From Gemmatimonadales bacterium (lineage in GTDB: Bacteria > Gemmatimonadota > Gemmatimonadetes > Gemmatimonadales > GWC2-71-9), in the NCBI GenBank assembly GCA_035759745.1, contig DASTUF010000077.1:4154-68153 (forward strand): a stretch of 64,000 nucleotides of DNA, read 5' to 3'. Shown here in pieces: positions 28,840 to 37,475 of this stretch. The translations under genes and the position numbers were made by a program. The notes beneath the pieces are model-generated. The model was not told the origin of the DNA and searched no databases. It saw only the letters and a list, made by a program, of their open reading frames with translations. How positions within the stretch are numbered: position 1 is the stretch's first letter; each line of letters starts with the position of its first letter.

Positions 28840-30114
28840 CTAATCTACATTCCCAGGAAGGGCGAGGACACGCAAGATTTCTGACCCATCGGAACGTTCC
28901 CAACGACCGAGTACGGAGCCATCTCGCGCGGCCAGGAGATCGGAACCAGGGGGCAGGGAGTACCGGACGACATTGCCAGACACCGGATCCCAGCGGATCC
29001 AGTCCTCACGGGGGTCGTCCGGCCTCCGGAAGAGCCTGAGCCAGAGCCTGTCCCGGTTATCCACGAGCGACGCCCCGTCCAGCGCCGGAGTCCGGTCCGG
29101 AACGTCCGGAAACGCCCGATACCTCTCCGCCGCCGCCTCGCGCGCCCTGGATGAGGACATTGCCGCCATTGCGGCCACCCTGGCCCGCGCGACGATCGCG
29201 TCGGTAAGCCGGTGGCGTGGAAGCCGACCTCGGAGCAGCGCTCGGGTGCGCCCCTGGTCGTCGAGCGCTGCTATGTGCAGCGAATCGGACTGTCCCAGGA
29301 AGAGCAAGCGGGTGCCGACGGAAACCATGGCCCGCCTTCCAAACTCGCGAGGCACCCGCCCATACGCTCGCTCGCCGTTGCGCAGCCGGCCGCTACTTGG
29401 CACTACGGACCAGTCATCAAGAAGTAACGGCCCTATCCGCTGCCATTCCTCGCGACCGGCCGAGCCGATGTACACCAATGCGGTGTCGAACTCAACTCGG
29501 ACTGGACCCTGTGCCCCCAGCGGCGTCAGCACCTGGTGCAGCACAACTCGTCCCGATCTGAACACACCCGCGACGCCAGCGCCGGGCAAGTCTCCTGGCA
29601 TGATGAGGGTGCTGTCGGCGAGGGGCGCCCCAATGCGGTTGAATCGGGTCACCCGCCGGGCGCGGATGTCATAAGTGTACAGCGTCGTATCCGGGCCAGT
29701 GCCGAGCCACCCGAGGATCTCGAGCTCGCCAGGCCCACTGCCCCGCCTGCCGGCGAGCGATGGGATTCTGCCGGGCCGTGCGTAAATCGACAACCGGTAT
29801 TCGCCGGCGTGGCCGACGACGAGTGTGCCGTCCTCGAGCCAGGCCGCGCCATTTACCATCGTCCATGGATGCTCGGGGTGCGCGATCAGCTCCGCGGCAC
29901 CAGCGGTATCGAGGACCTCGATGTCAGCCGGCAGCCAGTTCAGCTCCGAGATCAGCACCCCAGCGCTGTCGCGAATGAGAATCCCGCGCTGGGCATCGAC
30001 CGACGTGGCGGCGTCCGGGCCCGTTCGGAGTGCTGACCGCATTGACCATAGAAGCGCTGCCGCAACCACGCCCACGATGGCGACCGCCAGCCAGATCACG
30101 ACCCGCCGGTGCAT
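28840..30114 (-). CDS. Membrane-anchored hypothetical protein (possible beta-propeller repeats)
   Basis: MHRRVVIWLAVAIVGVVAAALLW anchor from ATG 30114, then recurring strand-rich segments and GSGPGELE. Continuous 424-codon frame, but GC3 is visibly lower than in neighbouring genes. Confidence 0.55.
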   Translation of the reverse strand: MHRRVVIWLAVAIVGVVAAALLWSMRSALRTGPDAATSVDAQRGILIRDSAGVLISELNWLPADIEVLDTAGAAELIAHPEHPWTMVNGAAWLEDGTLVVGHAGEYRLSIYARPGRIPSLAGRRGSGPGELEILGWLGTGPDTTLYTYDIRARRVTRFNRIGAPLADSTLIMPGDLPGAGVAGVFRSGRVVLHQVLTPLGAQGPVRVEFDTALVYIGSAGREEWQRIGPLLLDDWSVVPSSGRLRNGERAYGRVPREFGRRAMVSVGTRLLFLGQSDSLHIAALDDQGRTRALLRGRLPRHRLTDAIVARARVAAMAAMSSSRAREAAAERYRAFPDVPDRTPALDGASLVDNRDRLWLRLFRRPDDPREDWIRWDPVSGNVVRYSLPPGSDLLAARDGSVLGRWERSDGSEILRVLALPGNVD

Positions 30115-30165
30115 CACGCCGCCTCCTTCGCTCAGGTCATCGGTTTCGCGTCCCAACGGCATATT

Positions 30166-30363
30166 CTATGGCGAATGCCGCACCGGCACGCGCTCGCAGC
30201 CGACGAAATCCATCGTCGAGGACGATTCCGGGGTACCCAATCTCATCGAATCGGAATTGTGGGACACTACGGAGCCGAGCAACGTGAGAATTGGAGCTGG
30301 CCCGCCTGCAGAGGGATCGCGGCCGCAAGCAGCAAGTGCAACTGCCGCAAGCACGCAAACCAC
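30166..30363 (-). CDS. Possible small lipoprotein or N-terminal remnant of a paralog of the downstream gene
   Basis: 65 aa. VVCVLAAVALAACGRDPS lipobox. GTG start. GC3 only moderate. Confidence 0.25.
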   Translation of the reverse strand: MVCVLAAVALAACGRDPSAGGPAPILTLLGSVVSHNSDSMRLGTPESSSTMDFVGCERVPVRHSP

Positions 30364-30373
30364 GCCCCTCCGG

Positions 30374-31048
30374 CTACCCCAGCGTCTTCACCACGGCCTT
30401 GCTGATCGACTTGAGGGTGTCGAACACGCCCTCGCCCGTGGCGGCGATGGCCTCGAAGTAGGGCGCGCGCTCGTACCACTGCCCGTCCTCCTGCCACACC
30501 AGGAACTCGCCCGGGCGGTCCGGGTCGGGCAACATCCGCTGGCGGGCCGGGTCTTCGACCGGCCAGCCGGGATTGAGCGCTGCCTGCAGCTCGGCGATGG
30601 GTGCGGCGTTGGGCAGGTCGCGCTTGTTGTACTGGATCGCGAACGGAATCCGGGTGAGGTCGTACCCGTGCTGCTGCATGTTGTCGTAGAGGTTCTGCAT
30701 CGCCTCCACGTTGGCCTCCATCCGCTCCACCTGGCTGTCGCCCACGAACACCACGCCATCCACGCCCTTGAGGATCAGCTTGCGCGAGGCGTTGTAGTAC
30801 ACCTGCCCAGGCACGGTGTAGAGGTGAAACTTGACCTTGAAGCCGCGAATGGTGCCGAGGTCCACCGGCAGGAAGTCGAAGAAGAGCGTCCGCTCGGTCT
30901 CGGTGGCCAGCGAGATCATCTTGCCGCGGGCACCGGGTGCGACCTTGTTGTACACGAACTCGAGGTTGGTGGTCTTGCCGCCGAGCCCGGGTCCGTAATA
31001 GACCAGCTTGCAGTTGATCTCGCGGGACGCGTAGTTGATCATCGACAT
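30374..31048 (-). CDS. mglA: Ras-like polarity/motility GTPase MglA, with an internal ~29-aa insertion
   Basis: [35 protein letters not shown]...[10 protein letters not shown]...[32 protein letters not shown]...[11 protein letters not shown] is nearly collinear with Myxococcus MglA. The segment [37 protein letters not shown] between ..ALNP and [16 protein letters not shown] has no counterpart there. Confidence 0.9.
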   Translation of the reverse strand: MSMINYASREINCKLVYYGPGLGGKTTNLEFVYNKVAPGARGKMISLATETERTLFFDFLPVDLGTIRGFKVKFHLYTVPGQVYYNASRKLILKGVDGVVFVGDSQVERMEANVEAMQNLYDNMQQHGYDLTRIPFAIQYNKRDLPNAAPIAELQAALNPGWPVEDPARQRMLPDPDRPGEFLVWQEDGQWYERAPYFEAIAATGEGVFDTLKSISKAVVKTLG

Positions 31049-31063
31049 GCGTAGGGGGTCCCC

Positions 31064-31561
31064 TCAGGCTCCGAAGAGCCGGTCGATTTCATCCTCGGCC
31101 TCACCCAGGAATCCGCCTTCCACTGCCGGCGGCGTCGTGCCATCGTCGGTCCGTTCGAACATTTCGGTGAACACCTGATTCAGCTGCTGCGCCGCAGTCC
31201 GCACCCGGAGCTTCACCAGCCCGAGCGTGGTGGAGTTGTCGAACAGCACCACGAGAATCACCCGCCGCGCGATATCCGCGAGGTACATCGACTCCTTCTC
31301 GCCCTGGTGGAACAGCGCCCCGAATTCGGGCTCGCCCAGCATCCGGGCCAGCTGGTCGTTGGCGCTGAAGTCGGCGGCGGTGAGCGATGCGAAAGCGGTG
31401 GGATCGAACTGGACTTCCTCGCCGACCGTGGCGATCAGCTGGCCGGTCCGGTCCACGATCAGGGCAGTGCGCGCGCCGGCCTCGCCCAGGAAGGCGGATA
31501 GAATCTCGTTGATGCGCCGGGCGTCCTCCTCGCGGAAGGACCAGCTCGATGCGCCGCTCAC
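31064..31561 (-). CDS. mglB: Roadblock/LC7-domain protein MglB (MglA GAP)
   Basis: GTG at 31561 in a GTGA overlap with the upstream stop. RINEILSAFLGEAGARTALIVDRTGQLIATVGE...ADIARRVILVVLFDNSTTLGLVKLR and an acidic tail EAEDEIDRLF. It lies immediately upstream of mglA. Confidence 0.8.
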   Translation of the reverse strand: MSGASSWSFREEDARRINEILSAFLGEAGARTALIVDRTGQLIATVGEEVQFDPTAFASLTAADFSANDQLARMLGEPEFGALFHQGEKESMYLADIARRVILVVLFDNSTTLGLVKLRVRTAAQQLNQVFTEMFERTDDGTTPPAVEGGFLGEAEDEIDRLFGA

Positions 31562-31827
31562 GCGAGCGCGACCTCGAGTTTGCGCAGGATGGTCTCGCCC
31601 CGGCGCCGCAGCAGCGGCTGGGGCTCCCAGGCCACATAGTCCCGCAGCAGTCGCACGGTGTCGGGCGTGTGGGTGCCTGCCAGATAGCCCAGCGCCGCCA
31701 GCCGCTTGATCGGGTGCTTGCTGAAGAGGTCGCGCCGGTGGGCCAGGATGCGCTGCTGCGACAGGCTCCACCCCGTGAGCATCCCGGCCATCGCCGCGCC
31801 GGTGAAGAACCAGCCGCGCGAGCGCAT
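31558..31827 (-). CDS. Small membrane-anchored protein with HEAT-like repeat
   Basis: 89 aa. MRSRGWFFTGAAMAGMLTGWSL (TM), then HPIKRLAALGYLAGTHTPDTVRLLRDYVAWEPQPLLRRRGETILRKLE. Its ATG overlaps the recR stop (TGATG) and its stop overlaps the mglB GTG. Confidence 0.55.
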   Translation of the reverse strand: MRSRGWFFTGAAMAGMLTGWSLSQQRILAHRRDLFSKHPIKRLAALGYLAGTHTPDTVRLLRDYVAWEPQPLLRRRGETILRKLEVALA

Positions 31828-32417
31828 CAGCGCACCTCCTGGCGCGCGAGCAGTGCGTGGGCCAGGGTGACGCCGTCCACGTACTCGAGGTCGCCGCCCA
31901 TGGGCAGGCCCCGGGCCAGGCGCGTGACCCGCACCGGCTCCCCGCCGAGTTGCTGCTGGATGTAGGTGGCCGTCACTTCGCCTTCCATCGATGGGTTGGT
32001 CGCGAGGATGACCTCGCGCACGCCGTCCTTCCGCACCCGTTCGAGCAGCGAATCGATGCGAAGCGACTCGGGCCCGATGCCATCCAGCGGTGAGAGGTGG
32101 CCGCCCAGCACATGATACTTGCCCCGGAAGTCGGTGGCTCGATCCACCACCGGCACCGCCGAGGCATCTTCGACCACACAGAGCACCCCCGCGTCGCGCC
32201 GGGGATCCCGGCAGATGCTGCACGGCTGCTGCTCGGTCAGGTTGCCGCAGACCTCGCATGGGCGCACCTGCTCCGCCACCGACTCCAGTGCCTGCGCCAG
32301 GAGTCGGAGTTGTTCCGCTGGTTGCTGCAACAGGTGGAACGTGAGCCGGCCGGCTGTCTTCCGCCCGATGCCGGGAAGCCGCGCGAACTCGCCGATGAGC
32401 CGCTCGATCGCGTCCAC
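31827..32417 (-). CDS. recR: Recombination protein RecR
   Basis: 196 aa. LPGIGRKTAGRLTFHLL (HhH), CEVCGNLTEQQPCSIC zinc finger, Toprim VVEDASAV, C-terminal GGDLEY. Confidence 0.93.
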   Translation of the reverse strand: MDAIERLIGEFARLPGIGRKTAGRLTFHLLQQPAEQLRLLAQALESVAEQVRPCEVCGNLTEQQPCSICRDPRRDAGVLCVVEDASAVPVVDRATDFRGKYHVLGGHLSPLDGIGPESLRIDSLLERVRKDGVREVILATNPSMEGEVTATYIQQQLGGEPVRVTRLARGLPMGGDLEYVDGVTLAHALLARQEVR

Positions 32418-32420
32418 AGC

Positions 32421-32723
32421 TCAGGGCGTGAACGGCAACTGCGGCATGCTGCGCATTTCGGCCTGCATCAGCTCTGCGGCCCGCCGCTGGGCTTCCGCCA
32501 CCGCGCCCAGCACCAGGTCGGACAGCAATTCGGCGTCGCGGCCCTCGAATGCCTCGGGCGCGATGCTGATGTGCAGCACCGTGCCCCGCCCGTCGGCGGT
32601 CACGCGCACCATGCCAGCGCCGGCCGTGATCTCGATGACCCGGCCCGCCAGTTCTGATTCCAGTTGCTGCAACCGGCCCTGCATGTGCTGGCCGAACTGC
32701 AGGAATTGATTGAGGTCTGCCAT
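32421..32723 (-). CDS. ybaB: YbaB/EbfC nucleoid-associated DNA-binding protein
   Basis: 100 aa, with the typical position between dnaX and recR. ..QHMQGRLQQLESELAGRVIEITAGAGMVRVTADGRGTVLHISIAPEAF. Confidence 0.85.
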   Translation of the reverse strand: MADLNQFLQFGQHMQGRLQQLESELAGRVIEITAGAGMVRVTADGRGTVLHISIAPEAFEGRDAELLSDLVLGAVAEAQRRAAELMQAEMRSMPQLPFTP

Positions 32724-32743
32724 AGTCTCCTGCGTCCTGCGTG

Positions 32744-34423
32744 CTAGTCCACGATCTCCAAATCTAATTCAGTCGCCGCCGCATCGAGCGCCGGGTCCCG
32801 CTGGCGGAGTCCGCTGAGGCGGTCGGCCCGGGCCGAGGCCTCGGTGATGGGCCTGGGCCTGGGGGCATCGCCTGCGTTGCCAGGGCCCTGCACCTTGAGC
32901 CGCACCGGGGCGCCCAGCGCCGCCGCCAGCACCGTCTCCACTACCCGGGCCTGGCGCTCGATGTTCTCGTGGTTCATCGGGTTGGCCTCGGGCAGCTCGA
33001 TCCGCACCAGCGGCGCCTCGACCTCGACGATCCGGGTGCCCGCCAGCGCCTCGCCCAGGAAGCGGCTCTGCTCCCGGACCGTCTCCATGGCCGACGGCCA
33101 GATGGACTGGGCGCCGGTCAGCGTGAATGGGGCGGAGAGCTGGGACGGCTCGGCTGCTCGGCGGCCCGGTGGCTCGGCCGCCTGACCGTCCTGCAGCATC
33201 GCCGACAACTTTACGGGCCTCGGTGCGACCGCCTTGACCGCCTGTACGCCCGCCCGGTCACCCTTCCCCTCTTGATCCCCAGCGCGACCGCCCTGACCGC
33301 CCGCAATCACCTGCTCCAGGTCCACGGTGCGATCCAGCATCACCCACCGCAGCAGCAGGGTCTCGGTGACCAGCCGGGGATTGGCACTCCGCCGGAGGGA
33401 GGCCTCCTGGTCCGCCAGCAGCTTCAGCATCCGGAGGAGGTCGCCTGCGGAAAGGGCGTCGAGGTTGCGATCGAGCACCGCACGCACCGCCTCGGTGAGC
33501 CCTTCCGGAGTGCCACCAACCTTGAGCAGCAGCATCGCCCGGAGCATCTCGCCGGCCGCCAGGAGGAATTCCCCCAGGTCGGCCCCGGACTCGAGCAACG
33601 CATCCACCAGCCGGAACACGCCCGCCGCGTCCCGCTCGGCGATGAGCCCCAGCAGGTCGGCCAGGAGTTCGTCGCTGGCCAGGCCCAGAGTCTCTCGGAC
33701 GCGGGCAGCCGTGACCTCGCCCTCGCCCAGGCTCAGGCACTGGTCCAGCACCGACAGCGCGTCCCGCATGCCGCCATCTGCGTGGCGGGCAATCAGCGCC
33801 AGGGCGTCGTCATCCGCCCTGATGCCCTCGGCGTCGAGCACCGCGCGGAGCCGGTCACGGATGGCGGCCGGGCCGATTCGGCGGAAGTCGAAGCGCTGCA
33901 GCCGGGACAGCACCGGCGCTGCAGTGTTGAAGATCTTCTGCGGCTCGGTGGTGGCGAACACAAACACCACCCGGGGCGGCGGCTCCTCCAGCACCTTGAG
34001 CAGCGCATTCCAGGCCTCGCGGGTGAGCATGTGCGCCTCATCCACGATGTAGACCTTGTAGTGCGACTCCTCGGAGGGCGCGTACATGGCGCGCTCGCGA
34101 AGGTCGCGCGCGTCATCCACGCCCCGGTTGCTGGCGGCGTCGATCTCGACCACGTCGAGGCTGGCTCCGCCGGACCAGATCCGCTCGCAGCTCTCGCATT
34201 CGCCGCAGGGGTCGCCGTCGGCGGTGCGGTTGGGGCAGTTGAGCGCCATGGCCAGGATCCGGGCCGCGGTGGTCTTGCCCACCCCGCGCGGACCGGTCAG
34301 CAGGTACCCATGGCCGATGCGGTCCCGGGCCACGGCACCGCGCAGAACGGCGGCCACGTGGTCCTGCACCAGGAGATCGCTGAAACGCTTGGGACGGTAG
34401 CGGCGGGCGAGACTGATAGTCAT
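32744..34423 (-). CDS. dnaX: DNA polymerase III subunit gamma/tau
   Basis: MTISLARRYRPKRFSDLLVQDHV...GYLLTGPRGVGKTTAARILAMALNC, zinc module CGECESC, KVYIVDEAHML. ATG 34423 chosen inside track ORF ..34468. Confidence 0.92.
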   Translation of the reverse strand: MTISLARRYRPKRFSDLLVQDHVAAVLRGAVARDRIGHGYLLTGPRGVGKTTAARILAMALNCPNRTADGDPCGECESCERIWSGGASLDVVEIDAASNRGVDDARDLRERAMYAPSEESHYKVYIVDEAHMLTREAWNALLKVLEEPPPRVVFVFATTEPQKIFNTAAPVLSRLQRFDFRRIGPAAIRDRLRAVLDAEGIRADDDALALIARHADGGMRDALSVLDQCLSLGEGEVTAARVRETLGLASDELLADLLGLIAERDAAGVFRLVDALLESGADLGEFLLAAGEMLRAMLLLKVGGTPEGLTEAVRAVLDRNLDALSAGDLLRMLKLLADQEASLRRSANPRLVTETLLLRWVMLDRTVDLEQVIAGGQGGRAGDQEGKGDRAGVQAVKAVAPRPVKLSAMLQDGQAAEPPGRRAAEPSQLSAPFTLTGAQSIWPSAMETVREQSRFLGEALAGTRIVEVEAPLVRIELPEANPMNHENIERQARVVETVLAAALGAPVRLKVQGPGNAGDAPRPRPITEASARADRLSGLRQRDPALDAAATELDLEIVD

Positions 34424-34547
34424 GAAGGAAAGAAAATACCCCAGGCACCCCGAAGCGACACCGGACATCGCTTAGCGCTGCTACCGGCGAGGTCCTGACG
34501 CGATTCGCGCGCCAGCGCCCTTCGGACCTGGGGCAACACCAAGATAA

Positions 34548-34625
34548 TAGTGGAGAGTGGGGAGTGGGAAGTGGGGGAACTGAGATTACCACCCACTCCC
34601 CACTCCCTACTTCCCACTCGCTACT
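34548..34625. repeat. Heptamer repeat hairpin, GGGGAGT/GGGAAGT family
   Basis: tagtggagagtggggagtgggaagtggggg - aactgagattacc - acccactccccactccctacttcccactcgctac. The right arm includes the yihY-like stop codon (34621-34623). Confidence 0.85.
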
Positions 34626-35547
34626 CCAGGAGCGCCCGCTGCCTGCTGCGCATCCGTCGCATCTCCCACGTTTCAGCCACGACCCCACCCAGCAGGAACA
34701 CAATCGCGGTGAAGTGGATCCAGAGCACGAACAGCACCACGGCGGCGATCTTGGCGTCGCCGCTGGCGGAGCGCACCGCGGCGAAATTGGCGAGGTAGAA
34801 CGCATACCCCCGCTTGGCCAGCTCGAACATCACCGCGGCGAACGTCGCCGCGAGGAGCGCGGTGCGCCACGGCAGCCGGCGCGCGGAGGCGTACTTGTAG
34901 ACGACGAAGAACAGGCTCACGGAGAACAGCACCGTCAGCGACTCGCCCAGGATCCGTCCCAGGGTGCTGACGAAGAACGCCACCGCTTCCAGCCGCCATT
35001 CCCGGGCCGCGATGTACGCGAGCCCGGCGGTCAGCGCTGAATTGAGCAGGAAGAGCGACAGCGTGACGACGACCATCAGGACGTCACGTGCCTTGGACTT
35101 GAGGAACGCCACCGCAAAGTTGCGATGCCGCCGCGGCCGCACCGTCACGTCGAACACATGATTGAGCGCGGTGCGCACGCCGGCAAAGAGCCGGGTGCTG
35201 AACCAGATGAACGCGGGGACCGCCACCAGCGAGAGCGTCCCGCGGTTGGCGGCGATGCCGTTCAGGATCGATTCGACCAGCCCGAACGGGTCGTTGGTCC
35301 CCGCCGAGTGCGGCGGCAGGAATCCGTGGAAGATGGTCCTGGGGTCGGGCCCGGCACGGGCGAGCGCTTCGAGCAGCTGGGTGAGGCCCACCAGCAGCAG
35401 CACCACGAAGGGCACGGCGGCGAGCAGTGCGTCAAATGTGAGCGCGCTCGCCAGGAAAGGGACGTTGCTTTCGTCGGCCGCCTGCAGGACCCGCTTGAAG
35501 AAGCCTGCCGGCGAGCGGTGCCAGCCGCCGGGACGGGGTCCGCTCAG
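34621..35547 (-). CDS. YihY/BrkB-family inner membrane protein
   Basis: The track ORF begins at GTG 35415 (VPFVVLLL), inside the first conserved TM. The same frame stays open upstream and encodes ..GFFKRVLQAADESNVPFLASALTFDALLAA, the canonical YihY N-terminus. There is no ATG/GTG/TTG there. CTG at 35547 overlaps the ytxH-like stop as CTGA. Confidence 0.75.
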   Translation of the reverse strand: MSGPRPGGWHRSPAGFFKRVLQAADESNVPFLASALTFDALLAAVPFVVLLLVGLTQLLEALARAGPDPRTIFHGFLPPHSAGTNDPFGLVESILNGIAANRGTLSLVAVPAFIWFSTRLFAGVRTALNHVFDVTVRPRRHRNFAVAFLKSKARDVLMVVVTLSLFLLNSALTAGLAYIAAREWRLEAVAFFVSTLGRILGESLTVLFSVSLFFVVYKYASARRLPWRTALLAATFAAVMFELAKRGYAFYLANFAAVRSASGDAKIAAVVLFVLWIHFTAIVFLLGGVVAETWEMRRMRSRQRALLE

Positions 35548-35969
35548 GCGAGCGGCTCCTCGTGTTCGCCCGACGTGGCCACGGCGCGGCGGCGGGCCCG
35601 GGCATCGGCGAGCCGGCGCTCCAGTTCGGCCCGCGCCGACGGGACCTTGGCGTCGTCCGAGTCGGGGAGCTCATCGACCGGCTCCGACGAATCGAACTCG
35701 TCCATGCTCTCGTCAAAGGCGTACTCGCCGCTGGCGAGCGGGGCGTCCTCGCCGGGGCCGAACCGATGGACCAGTTCGTCCACCTTCTCCTCGGTCATGG
35801 CGCGGAGCTTCCAGAGCCGGCGCTGCAGCACCCGGCGGGTCTCCTCGCCATTCCGGGGTGCGTACAGGAGCGCGAGCCCCGCGCCCAGCAGGGCGCCCCA
35901 GAAGAGCCATTTGGCGGAGGCGTCGCCCCGCTCCACCAGCACGATGTCCCGCGGTTCGTTCCGTCGCAT
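35544..35969 (-). CDS. YtxH-domain protein
   Basis: 141 aa from ATG 35969. KWLFWGALLGAGLALLYAPRNGEETRRVLQRRLWKLR, then an acidic low-complexity tail. Confidence 0.65.
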   Translation of the reverse strand: MRRNEPRDIVLVERGDASAKWLFWGALLGAGLALLYAPRNGEETRRVLQRRLWKLRAMTEEKVDELVHRFGPGEDAPLASGEYAFDESMDEFDSSEPVDELPDSDDAKVPSARAELERRLADARARRRAVATSGEHEEPLA

Positions 35970-35979
35970 GTATGTCCTC

Positions 35980-37398
35980 CTACTCGCCGGCGTCGGCGTC
36001 ATCCACGGCCCGCACCAGTACCTGGTCCAGCGAGGCGTGGTGCTGCATGGGAGCCTGGATGAACCGGTCCACGAGGTCGGCGGTGCCGTTGACGTTGAGT
36101 TGCTCGAAGAGGAACGCGAAGGTGCGTTCCAGGTCCACTGCGATGGCCGCCCGGACATTCTCGGGTAGTGACCACAGATCCCGCTTGAAGGGGCCGATCG
36201 CCTTCTTCCGGGCCTTGTAGTAGAACTGATCGTCCGAATCGTCGGCCTTGCGTTCGCTTTGCGCGTTCTCGTCCAGCCAGGCATACATCCGGCGCTTGAG
36301 GTCGGCCGGAAGCGACGGGTGGTCGAACACGATGTTCTGGAAGTTGGTGGCGAGGTGGATCTCGGCGGTCTCCACCCGCGGAAAGTTGCCGAAGGCGTTG
36401 GACGGCAGCGTGCTCGCGCCATGCTGCACGGCGCCGGCCAGGCCATATCGCTCACGCGCCACCCGGGAGAGATCCCGCAGCGCATCGATATCCAGCTTGA
36501 CGTCGGCGATCTTGCCGTCCGGCAGCACCACACCGCCGTGCGAGGTGCCGGTCTGGACCGAGATCTTGCTGATCCCGTCCGCAATGCCGAGCCGCTCACA
36601 CTCGGCTTCGTAGCCCTGCATGAAGGCGTGGAGTTCCTCGACCGTGCTGTTCTTGTGGCCGACCTCACCGATCTCGGCCCCGATGCTCACGGTAACCCCG
36701 GCGGGTTCGCGCTCACGAATGAAGTAGGTGATCTCCGCCGCGCGCTCGTAGTTGGCGCGCTGCTGCTCGGCGAGGGTTTCGTGCGAGAGGTCCACCAGGG
36801 TGGACGTGTCGACGTCGATGTTGTAAAAGCCCGCCGCCACTTCTTCCGCGATCAGCTTCTTGACCTCGCCTACCTCGCCATCGGCGTCGGTGGCGTACTT
36901 CCTGGCATTGACCTGGCAGTGGTCGCCCTGGATGAACAACGGCAGCGACCATCCCTCGCGCAGCGCCGCGCCGATCAGGACGGAGACATACTCGGCGGGG
37001 CGCTGGTCGGTGTAGGCGATTTCCGACCGGGCGATCTCTAGGATGATCGCGCCCGCCCGTCCCGCCCGCGCCGCCCGGAACACCGCGCGCGCGGTGTCGT
37101 AGGCCATGGTGCGAATGTTCATGGCCGGCACGGTGAATCCGGCGCACTCGCCCCTGCCCCGCGCGATGTACAGCTCGTGAATCGATGCGGGCCGCACGCC
37201 ACGCGCCTGGCCGATCTCCCACAGCAGCCACCGCGCCGCCTCGCGCTCGTCCGCCTCGGCGAAGACCGCCTTCCAGACCAGCTGGTCCATCGCGGCGCCA
37301 CGCAGCGGCTTCTCGTCGTGCACCTCCACACCTCTCGTAGCCAGCGTGACCGCACTACCGAACAGGCCCGCAAGATTCTGCATCAGTTTCGACGCCAT
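35980..37398 (-). CDS. Class II (metal-dependent) ketose-bisphosphate aldolase family protein, long form
   Basis: 472 aa. ..FTVPAMNIRTMAYDTARAVFRAA...AIILEIARSEI...LFIQGDHCQ...QTGTSHGG resembles the F_bP_aldolase class II fold. It sits in a glycolytic neighbourhood. Confidence 0.65.
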   Translation of the reverse strand: MASKLMQNLAGLFGSAVTLATRGVEVHDEKPLRGAAMDQLVWKAVFAEADEREAARWLLWEIGQARGVRPASIHELYIARGRGECAGFTVPAMNIRTMAYDTARAVFRAARAGRAGAIILEIARSEIAYTDQRPAEYVSVLIGAALREGWSLPLFIQGDHCQVNARKYATDADGEVGEVKKLIAEEVAAGFYNIDVDTSTLVDLSHETLAEQQRANYERAAEITYFIREREPAGVTVSIGAEIGEVGHKNSTVEELHAFMQGYEAECERLGIADGISKISVQTGTSHGGVVLPDGKIADVKLDIDALRDLSRVARERYGLAGAVQHGASTLPSNAFGNFPRVETAEIHLATNFQNIVFDHPSLPADLKRRMYAWLDENAQSERKADDSDDQFYYKARKKAIGPFKRDLWSLPENVRAAIAVDLERTFAFLFEQLNVNGTADLVDRFIQAPMQHHASLDQVLVRAVDDADAGE

Positions 37399-37475
37399 GA
37401 CTCACCCATGTCCAATTGAGATCCAGTGCCCGCTGCAGGGAAATTACGCCTGCGGCAACGGCGAGCCAAGCCGCA

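Noticed and set aside
32744-34423. Programmed frameshift or slippage site in dnaX for a gamma subunit.
   Set aside because: No A-rich slippery heptamer or poly-A run is visible in the coding strand of this dnaX.
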